From an uncultured Gemmatimonadaceae bacterium (GTDB taxonomy: Bacteria > Gemmatimonadota > Gemmatimonadetes > Gemmatimonadales > Gemmatimonadaceae): a DNA stretch of 38,460 bases. Position numbers and translations under genes: made by a program. Each line of letters opens with the position of its first letter. Position 1 is the stretch's first letter. The stretch spans positions 1-38,460 of the forward strand of contig CAWBOC010000012.1 in the NCBI GenBank assembly GCA_963790305.1, in the 5' to 3' direction. Shown here in pieces: positions 17,458-28,191 of the stretch. Below the pieces are notes generated by a model. That model did not search any database and had not been told where the DNA came from. It was given only the letters and a program-made list of their open reading frames with translations.

Positions 17458-18822
17458 ATGCGCAACGAACTTCCGCGCCGACTCGGCCTCTTCAGCGCCA
17501 TTGCGGTGCTCGTCGGCTCGACCATTGGATCGGGCATCTTCCGCTCGCCGGCGGTCATCGCCGACCGACTCCCCGGCCCGCTGCCGATGCTCTCGGTGTG
17601 GGTCGCCGGCGGCCTGCTCGCGCTGTGCGGGGCGCTCACGCTCGCCGAGGTCGCGGGGGCCTACCCTCGCACCGGTGGACTTTTCGTCTTCATCCGGGAA
17701 GGATGGGGCCGCCTGCCCGCCTTTCTGTTCGGCTGGTCGGAGCTCGTCCTCATTCGTGCCGCGTCGTTAGGTGCGATCTCGACGACGTTCGCCGAGTATT
17801 TCTTCCGTGCGATTGGGCGGGAGCCGAGTGTGGCCCCGTACGACGATTACGTCCACTACCTGGCGGCGGTCGCGATCATCGTCACCGCTGCGTTCAACTA
17901 TGTGGGCGTCCGATGGGGCGCGCTGGTGCAGAATCTGACGACGCTGGCGAAGTACGGCGGCCTCCTGTTCATCGTGCTGTTCGCGCTCGCTGTCGGCTTC
18001 CCCGAGGGCGCGTCGCATTTCACGCCGGCCGTCCCGCCCGGGAGCTTTACCATCTCGGCGTTCGGGCTGGCGCTGGTGTCCGTGCTGTGGGCGTTCGATG
18101 GCTGGGCCGACCTGAGCTTTGTCGCCGGGGAGGTGAAAGATCCTCGCCGCAACGTCCCCCGCGCGCTCATTCTCGGCGTGACCTCGGTCATCGTCATCTA
18201 TCTGCTCGCGAACGTCGCCTATCTGGCGATCTTCCCCGTCGATCAACTGCGGCAGTCGCCGCGCATCGCCGCCGACGTCGCCATGCAGCTCATCGGCACG
18301 GCCGGTGTGGTCTTCGTCGGTGTCACCGTCATGCTCTCGACGTTCGGCACGCTCAACGGAACACTGCTGACGTCCCCCCGCATCTTCTTTGCAATGGCGG
18401 ATGACGGGCTGTTTTTCCGAAAGGTGGCTGCGGTGCACCCGCGCTACGAGACGCCTTACGTCGCCATCGCGATGACGGCCGCCCTCGGCGTGGTCTTCGT
18501 ACTCTTCCGTACATTCGAGCAGCTCGCCGACACGTTCGTGACCGCGATCGTGCCCTTCTACGCCCTGGCCGTCGCATCGGTCTTCACGCTGCGAAAGCGG
18601 GCCGACTGGGATCCGCCCTTCCGTACGCCGCTGTATCCCATCGTCCCCCTCCTGTTCGTGCTGGCGACGATCTTCATCCTCGTCAACGCGATCGCCGATC
18701 CGACGAGCCGCTGGCCGACCGTGGCGGTGCTCGGGATCATTCTGGTCGGCGTGCCCGTGTACTACCTCACTGTTGGCAAGGGCGCACCGGGCGAGAGGGA
18801 AGGAGATCTGGGCCGAGTTTAG
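17458..18822 (+). CDS. APC family amino acid permease (LAT-like)
   Basis: VGSTIGSGIF, AEVAGAYPRTGG, LWAFDGW, GEVKDPRRNVPRA, PRIFFAMADDG. Confidence 0.93.
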   Translation: MRNELPRRLGLFSAIAVLVGSTIGSGIFRSPAVIADRLPGPLPMLSVWVAGGLLALCGALTLAEVAGAYPRTGGLFVFIREGWGRLPAFLFGWSELVLIRAASLGAISTTFAEYFFRAIGREPSVAPYDDYVHYLAAVAIIVTAAFNYVGVRWGALVQNLTTLAKYGGLLFIVLFALAVGFPEGASHFTPAVPPGSFTISAFGLALVSVLWAFDGWADLSFVAGEVKDPRRNVPRALILGVTSVIVIYLLANVAYLAIFPVDQLRQSPRIAADVAMQLIGTAGVVFVGVTVMLSTFGTLNGTLLTSPRIFFAMADDGLFFRKVAAVHPRYETPYVAIAMTAALGVVFVLFRTFEQLADTFVTAIVPFYALAVASVFTLRKRADWDPPFRTPLYPIVPLLFVLATIFILVNAIADPTSRWPTVAVLGIILVGVPVYYLTVGKGAPGEREGDLGRV

Positions 18823-18915
18823 CGCGGACTGCGCGGCGGCGGGCCAACAGCGTCGCGTTCCCCCTGGCCTTGGCCCGACCCTGCAAACATCTTGGGGACT
18901 CCTCATCCCCAACGC

Positions 18916-20813
18916 ATGGCGATTTTTCCCTCCCCGCAGCTCGTCGCTCGCAGTTCGCAGGTCGCATTCTTTGCCCTCATCGTTGCGCTGGCGAGTTGCG
19001 AAGAAGCCGCGGCCCCTGAAGGCAGCCCCGGCGATCTCACCGTTGCCGCGTACATCGACAACGACGCGTCCGGATCGCTGACTGTCGGCGATACGCCGCT
19101 TGCCGGCTTCGAGGTCACGCTCTTCGACGAGAGCCGCGAGGTCGCCACGGCGCAAACCGCGGCTGACGGCCGCGTCACCTTCAGCGATCTCGCGCCGGGC
19201 AGCTACCGAGTGGAGCCGGGTGGGACGCCGCCCGTGGGCGCGATGCTGACGTCGAATCCCATCACCGTCGGCGGTGATCGATTTTCGCGGTCGCTCGGTG
19301 TCGGTCGACTTCCGTTATCGCGATGTTCCCGGGCATCATCACCGGGCGCGTATTCCGTGATGAGAATGGCAACGGGACGTTCGAGCAGGGGACCGACGTG
19401 CCGGGTCCCGGTCTCTGGGTCTTTCTCCGCGCCGACACCGGCGCCATCGGCGCCAAGCTCGATTCCGTTCGGACGGATTCGCTCGGCGCCTATCGATTCG
19501 GACTCGTCGCGCCGGGCGACTACTTCCTCGAGTTCGAGCAGCTAGGCGCGATCAACTACGGAGCCAGCGGCAGGACGCGGCAGATCACCGTCGTCGGGGC
19601 GGCCACCGCCACGCAGAACGTGCTGTTCACCGGATCGATCTTCGTCACGATTCGTCAGGCGCGGGCGACCCCGGTCGACAGCACCGTCGCCGTCATTGGC
19701 ACCATTACCGCCCCACCGGGCGTGTTCAACGGCGCCACACCGGGAGCGAATTCCGAGATATGGGTTCAGGATACCAGCGGCGGAATTGCGGCCTTCCCGG
19801 TTCCGACGGCGGACTCTGCCACCTTCCGCCTTGGGACGAGCGTGGAGGTCATCGGTACGGTGAGCCTCAACGCCGGGCAGATTCAGATCGGTCGCACGGC
19901 CGCACCGCCCACGGTGCGTGCGAGACCGGGGGGAACTCCGGTTTCTCCGAAGCCGAACACGGCGGCGGAGGCACGGTCGTTCGCCGATGAGGGAGAGCTC
20001 ATCACCGTTTCTGGTCTGCGCGTGGTACTCGTGGGCGGCGGAACGAGCGGCGCCTTCAACGTCACGACCGTGTCTTCAGCGAACGACACGCTTGTCATTC
20101 GCGTGAATGGCACGGCGACCGGGCTGACGCGGAGCAGCTTCACCGTCGGTGAGCGGTACACGATCACCGGCATTCTCTCGCGCTTCAACGCGCAACCACA
20201 GCTCAAGCCTCGGTTCGCGACCAATGTCGTCCATCTCGTCGCTACGCCTGTCGCGCGCATAGTCATCAACGAGCTCATGCCGGATCCGGCCCTCGCGAGC
20301 GATGCCACCGGGGAGTGGATCGAGCTGTACAACTGGGGCACGGCTTCCATTGACATCCAAAACTGGAAACTGTTCGGTAACAGCGGCGGCGACACGGCGC
20401 GCATCACCTCATCGCTGGTCATAGCGCCGGGCGATTACGTGGTGCTCGGCATCAACGGCGATCCGACGGCCAACGGCGGTGTCACAGTCGATTTTGTCTA
20501 CCGCAGCGGCTATTCGCTGAACAACAGCACCACCACCGGTGACATCGTGGTCCTTCGAGATGCCGCCGGGGCCACGGTCGATTCCGTCGTGTATGTCTCT
20601 CCGCCCATTGGGGCGAGCATGGCCCTCCGCGACGCCTCCGCCGACAACACCGACGCGAAGGGAACGAACTGGCAGACGTCGACGACGCCGTACAACGCCT
20701 CCGACGAGGGAACTCCGGGTTCACAGAACAATGGCTACATCACTCCGACACAGCCCACTCCGCTCCTTCGCGGTGGGGGATCCATTGCGCCTTTGAGCAA
20801 GAAGCAACGATGA
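18916..20813 (+). CDS. Surface lipoprotein: 2x SdrD-B-like, 2x OB-fold-like, lamin-tail domain (indels at ~19261 and ~19319 join ORFs 18892-19545 and 19323-20813)
   Basis: LASC lipobox; AYIDNDASG and VFRDENGNG SdrD-B starts; IWVQDTSGGI and QPQLKPR OB-fold motifs; IVINELMPDP..GEWIELYN..GTPGSQN lamin-tail motifs. Confidence 0.75.
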
Positions 20814-21799
20814 GAGCTCAACTCGTCCCAACGCTCGCGCTGAGTCTCGCACTCCTGGCCGCGTGCGCTGATGACCCCGAACCGCCGTTCGCTGTTGAAG
20901 GAACGGGCCGAGTCACCGGTCGGCTGTTCTTCGACGCCGACAACAACGGTCTCTTCACGCCGTTAGGCGGCGATACGCTGTTGCGTAACGTCAGGGTGGA
21001 GCTTCGCGAGCGCGGGTCATCGGTGGTGATCGAGGCGATGACCACCGACGCGAATGGGGCATTCGACTTCGAGGGGATCTCCCCGGGGACGCACGACGTC
21101 TTTCTCGTGCAGGACACCGCGGTCGTCAAGAACCTCGTGTTCTGTGTGAACCCGCTGCGCGCCTCCGTGTACCGCGATGAAACCGCGTTTGTCACGGCAC
21201 CGGCCAAGCGCGGCTGCGTCATTCGGATCAACGTCGCCGAAGCGCTGCCGCTGGCGGCGCCGGTGACCGTTACCGGCATTGTCACCGCTCGCCAGGGGAC
21301 GTATCGCAGCGACAACACCTACATCCAGGATCCGACGGGAGGAATGCAGGTCTTTGGCTTGCCGGCGCTGAACCTCCAGATCGGAGACAGCATCGAAGTC
21401 TCTGGCATCCTTGGCCAGTTCGGTGGCGAGCTGCAGGTGATCAATCCCATCGTCGCGCCAAATCGGACGGCGACGACAGCACCGGCGCCGCTCGAGAGAA
21501 CGACGGGCGCCATCGCCGCGGCCGTCACTGCCCTCGGAGCCCGGGAGCCGGATGTTGGCCGGTTGCTGGTCGTCAGGCACGCGACGGTCGGCGCGTTCAC
21601 CTCTGGAAACGCGCTGCTGAATGACGGCTCCGGCGCCATCCAGATCCGACTCGACAACAACGCCGCCACCGCCATACCGACAAGCACCTTCGTGGCCGGG
21701 CGGTGCTATGACGTCGTCGGGATTCTCGGCTTTTTCAATGGCACTCCACAACTCAAACCGCGCATGCTCGCTGACGTGACGGAGGTCCCGTGTCCGTAA
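20810..21799 (+). CDS. Lipoprotein: SdrD-B-like + 2x OB-fold-like domains (paralogous to upstream gene)
   Basis: LAAC lipobox; LFFDADNNG, YIQDPTGGMQVF, LQIGDSIEVSG, GILGFFNGTPQLKPR; ATGA coupling. Confidence 0.8.
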   Translation: MRAQLVPTLALSLALLAACADDPEPPFAVEGTGRVTGRLFFDADNNGLFTPLGGDTLLRNVRVELRERGSSVVIEAMTTDANGAFDFEGISPGTHDVFLVQDTAVVKNLVFCVNPLRASVYRDETAFVTAPAKRGCVIRINVAEALPLAAPVTVTGIVTARQGTYRSDNTYIQDPTGGMQVFGLPALNLQIGDSIEVSGILGQFGGELQVINPIVAPNRTATTAPAPLERTTGAIAAAVTALGAREPDVGRLLVVRHATVGAFTSGNALLNDGSGAIQIRLDNNAATAIPTSTFVAGRCYDVVGILGFFNGTPQLKPRMLADVTEVPCP

Positions 21800-24700
21800 T
21801 TCGCCTCGCCCGCCTAGCGACGCTGGCCTGCGCGGCTCTCGCCGGCTCCGTCTCTCTTGCCGCTGCGCAGGCCTCGACGACGACCGGCAACATCCGCGGC
21901 CGCGTCACCGACGAGGGAGGAAATCCACTTCCCGCTGCGACCGTCGTCGCCACGAACGAGGAAACGGGATTCCTGCGGGGAACGCAGACCGACAATGAAG
22001 GCGTGTACGTCGTCCGCTTCCTCCCGCCTGGGAGCTACCGCGTGACGGCTCGGCGCATCGGACAGCAACAATCGGAGCTGCCGGGCATTCGCGTCACCGT
22101 CGGCAGCACCGCGCCGGCGAACCTCGTCCTGCGGACAGCCGCCGTTCAGCTCACGGGCGTCGAAGTCACCGCCAACGCTCGCGAGATCGACGTCGCAGAC
22201 GCCGGGGTGAAGCAGACGGTCTCGCAGGAAGAGATCGCCGAGCTGCCGTCGTTAGGGCGCGACTTCACCGACTTCATCGCGCTCTCGGGACTCGTCAGCC
22301 CAGCGCCGGAGGTCACCACCGGCGGCCAGTTCGCGATCGCCGGTCAGCGTCCTTCGCAGACGAGCATTCAGATCGATGGCGTGGACGCGAACAACGCCTT
22401 CTTCGGGGAGAATCGCGGTGGCAGCCGCATCCCCTTCGCCTTCTCGCTCGAGTCGATCCGCGAGTTCCAGATCATCACCAACGGCTTCGACGTCGAATTC
22501 GGCAACTACTCCGGTGGCGTCATCAACATCGTCACCCAGGGCGGAACGAACGACTTCCGCGCCTCGCTCTACGGCAACTATCGCGACAAGTCCCTGACGC
22601 GCGAGGACTTCGACGGCAATCCGCCGAACAACTTTTCGGTGCAGCAGTACGCGGGGAAAGTGTCAGGTCCAATTCGTCGCGACCGGTTGCACTATCTCGT
22701 CTCGGTCGACGGTCAGCGTCGACGTGAGCCGTTTCGCTCGATCACGCCGGCGTTCCTCCGCGGCAACAACGAGCCCGCCGACTCGGCGAGCGCGGACAGC
22801 CTCGAGCGCTTCTTCAATGTCCTCCAGAGCGAGTACGGAGTCGCCGGCGCTGCTTCGCAGTACGGGGAGTGGGAGATCTCCAACGACGTGCTGACCGTCT
22901 TCGGTCGCCTCGACTGGACGCTCAACGATCGGCACCGTCTGTCGGTGCGCAACAACTTCTCCGATCACAAGAACCTCGACGAAGCGGGAAGCTTCGCCTT
23001 TCCCGCCGGTCGCTCGCAGGCCGAGTCGTTCAAGGACCGGGCGAACTCGCTCGTGGGCGAGCTCACCAGCGTGATCACGCCGCGCATCTTCAACGTGCTG
23101 CGGGTGCAGTACGCGACCGAGGAGCGACCGCGCATCGGCAACAATCTGAAGCCGGAGCTGCGGGTCCGTCTCGACGCCAACGAGACGGTCGAGTACGGCG
23201 GTGCGTTCATCTCCTTCCGCAACTTCCTCGACGAAACGAAGCTCCAGATCGTCGACAACGTCACCCTCGCGCTCGGCGATCACTCGATCAAGCTCGGCAC
23301 CAACAACACGCTCACGTCGATCGAGAACATCTTCTGGCTCAACGGCTCGGGGGGGTTCGAGTTCAACTCGCTCGCCGACTTCGAGGCGTTCCGCCCATCG
23401 CGCTTCAACCGAAACGTGCGGGCCGATTCGGTGACGCCCAACGCGACGTTCGACGTCCAGGAATACTCGGTCTACGCCCAGGATGAATGGCGGATCACAC
23501 CGAAGCTGCTCGGCGTTTTCGGCGTGCGGTATGACATCCAGCGCTATGGGGACAGGCCGGGACGCGTGGTAGACGCGGAGCGCGCCTTCGGGCTCGAGAC
23601 CGGCATCGCGCCGATCGACGACAACAACGTGTCGCCGCGCGTGTCGTTCACATACGATCTCAAGGGTGACGCGACTCAGCTCATCCGCCTTGGCGGCGGG
23701 CTGTTCTACGGACGAGTGCCGTTCGTCATGGGCAGCAACGTCGCCAGCACCGACACGCCGCTGCTCGTCGTGGAATGCCGCGGCTCACTCAATGAAATCC
23801 CGGTGCCGCCCGAATGTACCGCCATCCGTGGCCCCCTACCGGAATTGGGCGGCCAGTGGCGAGGACAATCCGTTCGGATGCGGTGGCGTCGGCGGGGTCG
23901 GCGGGGTACCGGAGTATGCCTTCTGGAACAGCGGCTTCGAGATCCCGGAAACGATCAAGGCCAACATTGGCTATGAGCGACAGCTCCGTCCGGGGACGTT
24001 GGCGTCGATCGATCTGCTCTTCTCGGAATCCAGCAAGCTCTACACGGTGCGCAACATCAACCTGCGCGATCCGCAGTTCGAGCTCACCGGTGAAGGCGGC
24101 CGCCGCATCTTCGTTCCCGCCGGTCGCTTTTCGCCGAGCAGCGCGGCGGGCACCGACCGGTTCCGCAACGCCGACTTCGCGAGCGTGTACGTCAACTACA
24201 ACGACGGCATCGCCCGCTCCTTCGCCGCCTCGCTGAACGTCGACCATCGGCTGAGCGATTCCTCGGCGGTGCGCGTGTCGTACACGTTCACGCGCGCGTA
24301 CGACAACTCCACGTACTCGTGCTGCACCGCGAACGAGGGCTTCACCGGCCAGCGCTATGGCGCGCTGGGGCCTAACGTGATCGGAGGGATCGGCGACGAG
24401 TCCACCGGGTGGGGACCGAGCAACTTCAACCGAGACCACACGATCGTGCTCTCGGGGACGTTCCGCCTGCCGTTCGGCATTCGGGTGAGCCCGAAGTGGA
24501 GCATCCGCAGCGGAACGCCGTGGGGTCCGGAGGTGAGCGGCGACATCAATGCGGACGGTGTGAGCTTCAACGACCGCCCCTACATCTTCCGGCCGGAAGA
24601 GCTCCCGGTATTCGTCGCGGCGTCGGCAACCAACCCGGATTCCCTGGTTGCCGTGGCACGCGCGCGCTATTCGGATTTTCTGGGCGAGCACGACTGCGTG

Positions 24701-25039
24701 GGGGACTACGTGGGACAGATCATTCCGCGCAACACCTGCCGGCAGCCGTGGTTCAACCAGCTCGACATGACGCTGCGCAAGCGCTTCGAGATGGCGGGCG
24801 ATCAGGCCGCGGAGCTGCACATCGATCTGTTCAACGTCCTGAACGGGCTGAACAGCGACTGGGGACGGAACGTCTCGGTGACCGCGGCCCGCCGCAACAT
24901 CCTGCTCGCGCAGGACTATGATGCGGCGAACGGCCGGGTGCGGTACACGGTCCCGGCGACCTTCGCCTCACGCACGCAGGTGGGATCGAATCTGCTGCTG
25001 CAGTTCTCGGCGCAGATTGGAGTGAGGTACTACTTCTAG
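21790..25039 (+). CDS. TonB-dependent receptor (Oar-like, N-terminal carboxypeptidase-regulatory-like domain); +1 indel near 23813
   Basis: Signal peptide, GNIRGRVTD..PGSYRVT, LPSLGRDFTDF, FSLESIREFQIITNGFDVEFGNYSGGVIN plug, YAQDEW, SPRVSF, C-terminal QIGVRYYF. Confidence 0.92.
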
Positions 25040-25167
25040 GGTTCAGGAGTCAGGGATCAGGGATCAGGGGGTGCCAGGGTTGAGGTTTCAGGAGCTGCGC
25101 GAGCCGTTCTCCTCGAACCTTCACCCTGACACCCCCTGATCCCTGATCCCTGACTCCTGATCCCTAG
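25036..25167. repeat. 132-bp palindromic element, copy B; both CTAG ends contain the stop codons of the convergent genes
   Basis: 52-bp arms (48/52 complementary); loop caggagctgcgcgagccgtt is nearly identical to copy A. Confidence 0.95.
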
Positions 25168-26288
25168 TTGTTCGGCCAATCCCCCACCGCCGCCACGAAT
25201 TCCGGCCGGTCTACGAACGGATTCCGGTTCCCCTGCGCGCGGAATGCGAGAGAGTTGCGCTGCCGCTCGAACGCATCCGGTGGGTCGGCGTTGTGCCACT
25301 GGATGAGAATCGCTTCTTCGTCGTTGAAGTTCTCTAGCGTGAAATTGTCGGTGCGACGAAGGTTGTAGCGGGTGTAGAAGTAGAGAATCGCACGCGCGAT
25401 GTCGCCCTTCTTCGCATTGCGCGGCTCGAACACCGGATCACCCGCCGCGTTGAGCCCCTGCTTGCTGACATCGCCATCGAGGTCGGGATCGGGGCTCGTC
25501 CACGTGGGTGTCCCGACGACCACCCCGAACGGGAGATTGGAGCGGCGCGAGTTCGCCGTCTCGTCCGACGGGAAGAGGTGGTGGATGTCGCTCATCGCAG
25601 GATCGTCTTCCGCGCCCCGGCTCTGCGGCCACGAGTGCTCGGTGTTGAAGTTCGCCGTCACCGCCGTCGCGCGCGAGTTCACCATCGCGACACGGCCGAC
25701 ATAGATGTCGGCGAGCAGATCGTTGTTGTCCGGGTCCTCGACGAAGGAATACATCGAGTCGCGGGCGGCGTCGTAGCCGAGCACGCGTGCGCGACAGACG
25801 ATGCGATCCAGCGCCGCGAGGAGCGCAGCCCCGGTCTTTCCCTCGGCGGCGCTGTAGTAGCCAGCCGGGAGCGCCGTGTCGGCGCGGAACGCCGGCGGTG
25901 CGCATGCCACCGGTTCCACCGGCGTGCACTGCACCAGCGCCGTGCTCCAGCATCCGCCGTACGAGCCGGCGCCCGTCACCGCGCGGACTTCGGCGCGATA
26001 GGTCTGCCCGGCGATCGCGTCGAAGGTGACGCGCTCGCAATTGTCCGGCGTCGCCGACGTCTGCCCGGCTACGGTGAGATCGAAGTTGAACCCTTCCTCG
26101 GCGCAGATGGCGACCGTCGTCGCGCCTGACCTCCCAGGGACGAAGCTGAGGGTGTCGACTTCGTTGGCGACGAGTGTGTCGCTGAAGACCCCCGTGAGCG
26201 GGAAGCGCGAGTCGACCGGCGAGGTAAAGTCATCTTCGCAGGCGGCGACGGCGAGCAGGATCAGTGCGAGGGACAGCGTGCGGCGCAT
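25164..26288 (-). CDS. Endonuclease I family (His-Me finger, Bsn/EndA-like) lipoprotein with N-terminal Cys-rich beta domain
   Basis: VAAC lipobox; NTEHSWPQS, SDIHHLFP..NSRRSNLPFG, FEPR..KGDIARAILYF, WHNADPP..E..RN..QGNRNPFVDRPE. Confidence 0.92.
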   Translation of the reverse strand: MRRTLSLALILLAVAACEDDFTSPVDSRFPLTGVFSDTLVANEVDTLSFVPGRSGATTVAICAEEGFNFDLTVAGQTSATPDNCERVTFDAIAGQTYRAEVRAVTGAGSYGGCWSTALVQCTPVEPVACAPPAFRADTALPAGYYSAAEGKTGAALLAALDRIVCRARVLGYDAARDSMYSFVEDPDNNDLLADIYVGRVAMVNSRATAVTANFNTEHSWPQSRGAEDDPAMSDIHHLFPSDETANSRRSNLPFGVVVGTPTWTSPDPDLDGDVSKQGLNAAGDPVFEPRNAKKGDIARAILYFYTRYNLRRTDNFTLENFNDEEAILIQWHNADPPDAFERQRNSLAFRAQGNRNPFVDRPEFVAAVGDWPNN

Positions 26289-26320
26289 GGGAAAGACTCG
26301 TGTGAATTGAAGGTCAACAC

Positions 26321-26433
26321 ATGAGGGGTCAGGAGTCAGGAGTCAGGGATCAGGGGGTGTCAGGGACGAGGACCTGGCGTTCCCTCGTTCCTGGAACCCC
26401 CTGATCCCTGACTCCTGACTCCTGACCCCTCGT
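26321..26433. repeat. Palindromic element copy C (same heptamer arms, shorter different loop)
   Basis: gaggggtcaggagtcaggagtcagggatcagggggtgtcaggg ... ccccctgatccctgactcctgactcctgacccctc. Confidence 0.92.
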
Positions 26434-26442
26434 TATCGCGAT

Positions 26443-27328
26443 CTAAAAGACCTCGAGGTTAATGTACTTCCGAGGATTTTTCTTGAAATCCGCCGTCAAG
26501 GAATCGACGCGCTGTACGAGCGCCCGCACGTCGTTGTACAGGCCCGGGTCGTTCAACAGCTTCGCCGCGCTGCCGTCGCCGCTCTCGATCTTCGTCAGCA
26601 GCGCGCTCATGCGCTCTCGCGTGTCCTGGAAGTCGGCCGAGAGCTGCGCGAGGTTGGCGGTCGTCGCCCTGATGTTTCGCATCGTCGAGTCCACCACCGA
26701 CGAGTCGATGGCGCTGACCGTTCGATTGAGATTTCGTGTCAGCCGAGACAGCTCGCGCGACTGCTCATCGGCGATCTGGCTGATTTGCTTCACGAGCCGG
26801 TTCGTCGATGAGATCGTGCCCTTGAGGTCCTCGATGCCACCTTCGCGCACCATTCTGGATCTCGAACGCCTGCGCGACGTCCGACACGCCGCGGCTCACC
26901 GAATCGAGGCGCGAAAGGAGCGCATCCATCGTCGGCGGAGGCGGAGCGGCGGGAATCGTGTCGCCCGGCCGCACGCTCGACCGGAAGTTGAGCGGGGGCT
27001 CGAGATTGATCGCCATGTCGCCGAAGAACGATGCAGTCTTGAGCTGCGCGATCACTCCATCGGGGACCTGATACTTCTCGTCGACCGCCATCCAGACATC
27101 GAGCCAGCCATCGGGACGGAGCTCCACACGGTCTACCGTCCCGACCGCGAACCCGGCGAGCCAAACCTCCTGCCCCTGCTTCAGATTCGCGCCCCAGCGA
27201 AACCTCGTGTAGAGCGGATAGCTGTCCGATAGCAGCCCGCTCCGCGACAGCCAGAGCGTCCCGAGAATGCCCACGATCAGCGCGACGGTCACGAACACAC
27301 CCACCAACACTTCGTTGCGTCGCTTCAT
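26443..27328 (-). CDS. mlaD: MlaD/MCE family protein; extra base near 26854
   Basis: RNEVLVGVFV TM, LKQGQEVWLAGFAVGTV, FFGDMAINLEP, helical region, GSAAKLLND..LY..DFKKNPRKY. Confidence 0.88.
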
Positions 27329-28191
27329 GACTGGAGATATTGAGCGAGATACACGGCGGTGAGCGCGTCGAGCAGGAGGATCATCACTGAGGAAATGACG
27401 ACGGTGCGTGCCGTGGAGCGGCCCACCCCCTCCGCGCCGGCCTCGGTAATGTAGCCCTCGTATGTGCCGATCAGCGAGATCGCGGCCCCGAACAGGGTGG
27501 CTTTGATGAGTCCATAGACCACCTGGAATCGGTCAAAGGTGAGGCGGAGCCCACTCACGAAATCGTTGTGTGTAACGTCAGTGGCCGCGATCGAGATGAG
27601 GTATCCCGCCGCGATGCCGGTCGCATTGGCGACGATCGTCAGCAGCGGCAGCATCAGCACCGCCGCCACGAACCTCGGTACGACGAGATAGGCCACCGGA
27701 TCGTACGCCAGCGTCTCGAGAGCGTCGATCTGCTCCGTCACGCGCATCGTCCCGATCTCGGCCGTCATACGCGCGCCCACGCGCCCGGCCAGCACGAGCG
27801 CGGTCAACAGGGGCCCGAGCTCGAGCACGATGCTCTGCCGGGTGATCCACGCCACGGCGGAGAGCTGCGCGCCTGGGAAGAGCTGGTAGAACGTCTGAAA
27901 AGCCGTGACCGCGCCGATGAACGCGGCGACGGTGAACACGAGGGGGAGCGAATCGACGCCAATGTTCCGGGCTTGCTGGAGCGTGAGCGGCAGCCAAGTG
28001 TCCCCGTCCCGAAAAGCCCGCGCCATGTCCCGCGTGAAGAACGTGCGCTTGCCGATGTCGCGAAAGAATCCGCGCGTCGATCGCGAGATCTGCCGGAAGA
28101 TGATGATCCCCGCCCGCTGCGGGATGGGAAACGTCGACGTGCGCCGTATGCCCGGTCCGGTATCGGCTTCCGTGTCCGGCGGGTAGGTCAC
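27325..28191 (-). CDS. mlaE: MlaE family ABC permease
   Basis: ELGPLLTALVLAGRVGA..AEIGTMRVTEQIDALE..LVVPR, GAEGVGRST; GTG overlaps the lptG stop. Confidence 0.92.
   Translation of the reverse strand: MTYPPDTEADTGPGIRRTSTFPIPQRAGIIIFRQISRSTRGFFRDIGKRTFFTRDMARAFRDGDTWLPLTLQQARNIGVDSLPLVFTVAAFIGAVTAFQTFYQLFPGAQLSAVAWITRQSIVLELGPLLTALVLAGRVGARMTAEIGTMRVTEQIDALETLAYDPVAYLVVPRFVAAVLMLPLLTIVANATGIAAGYLISIAATDVTHNDFVSGLRLTFDRFQVVYGLIKATLFGAAISLIGTYEGYITEAGAEGVGRSTARTVVISSVMILLLDALTAVYLAQYLQS

Noticed and set aside
12961..26433. Heptamer repeats as a CRISPR array
   Set aside because: They are inverted-arm hairpins with no repeat-spacer periodicity and no cas genes.
25036..26433. Endonuclease flanked by repeat copies B and C as a composite transposon or homing element
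   Set aside because: The enzyme is a secreted lipoprotein of a non-specific nuclease family, there is no shared target duplication around the pair, and the repeats also occur elsewhere.
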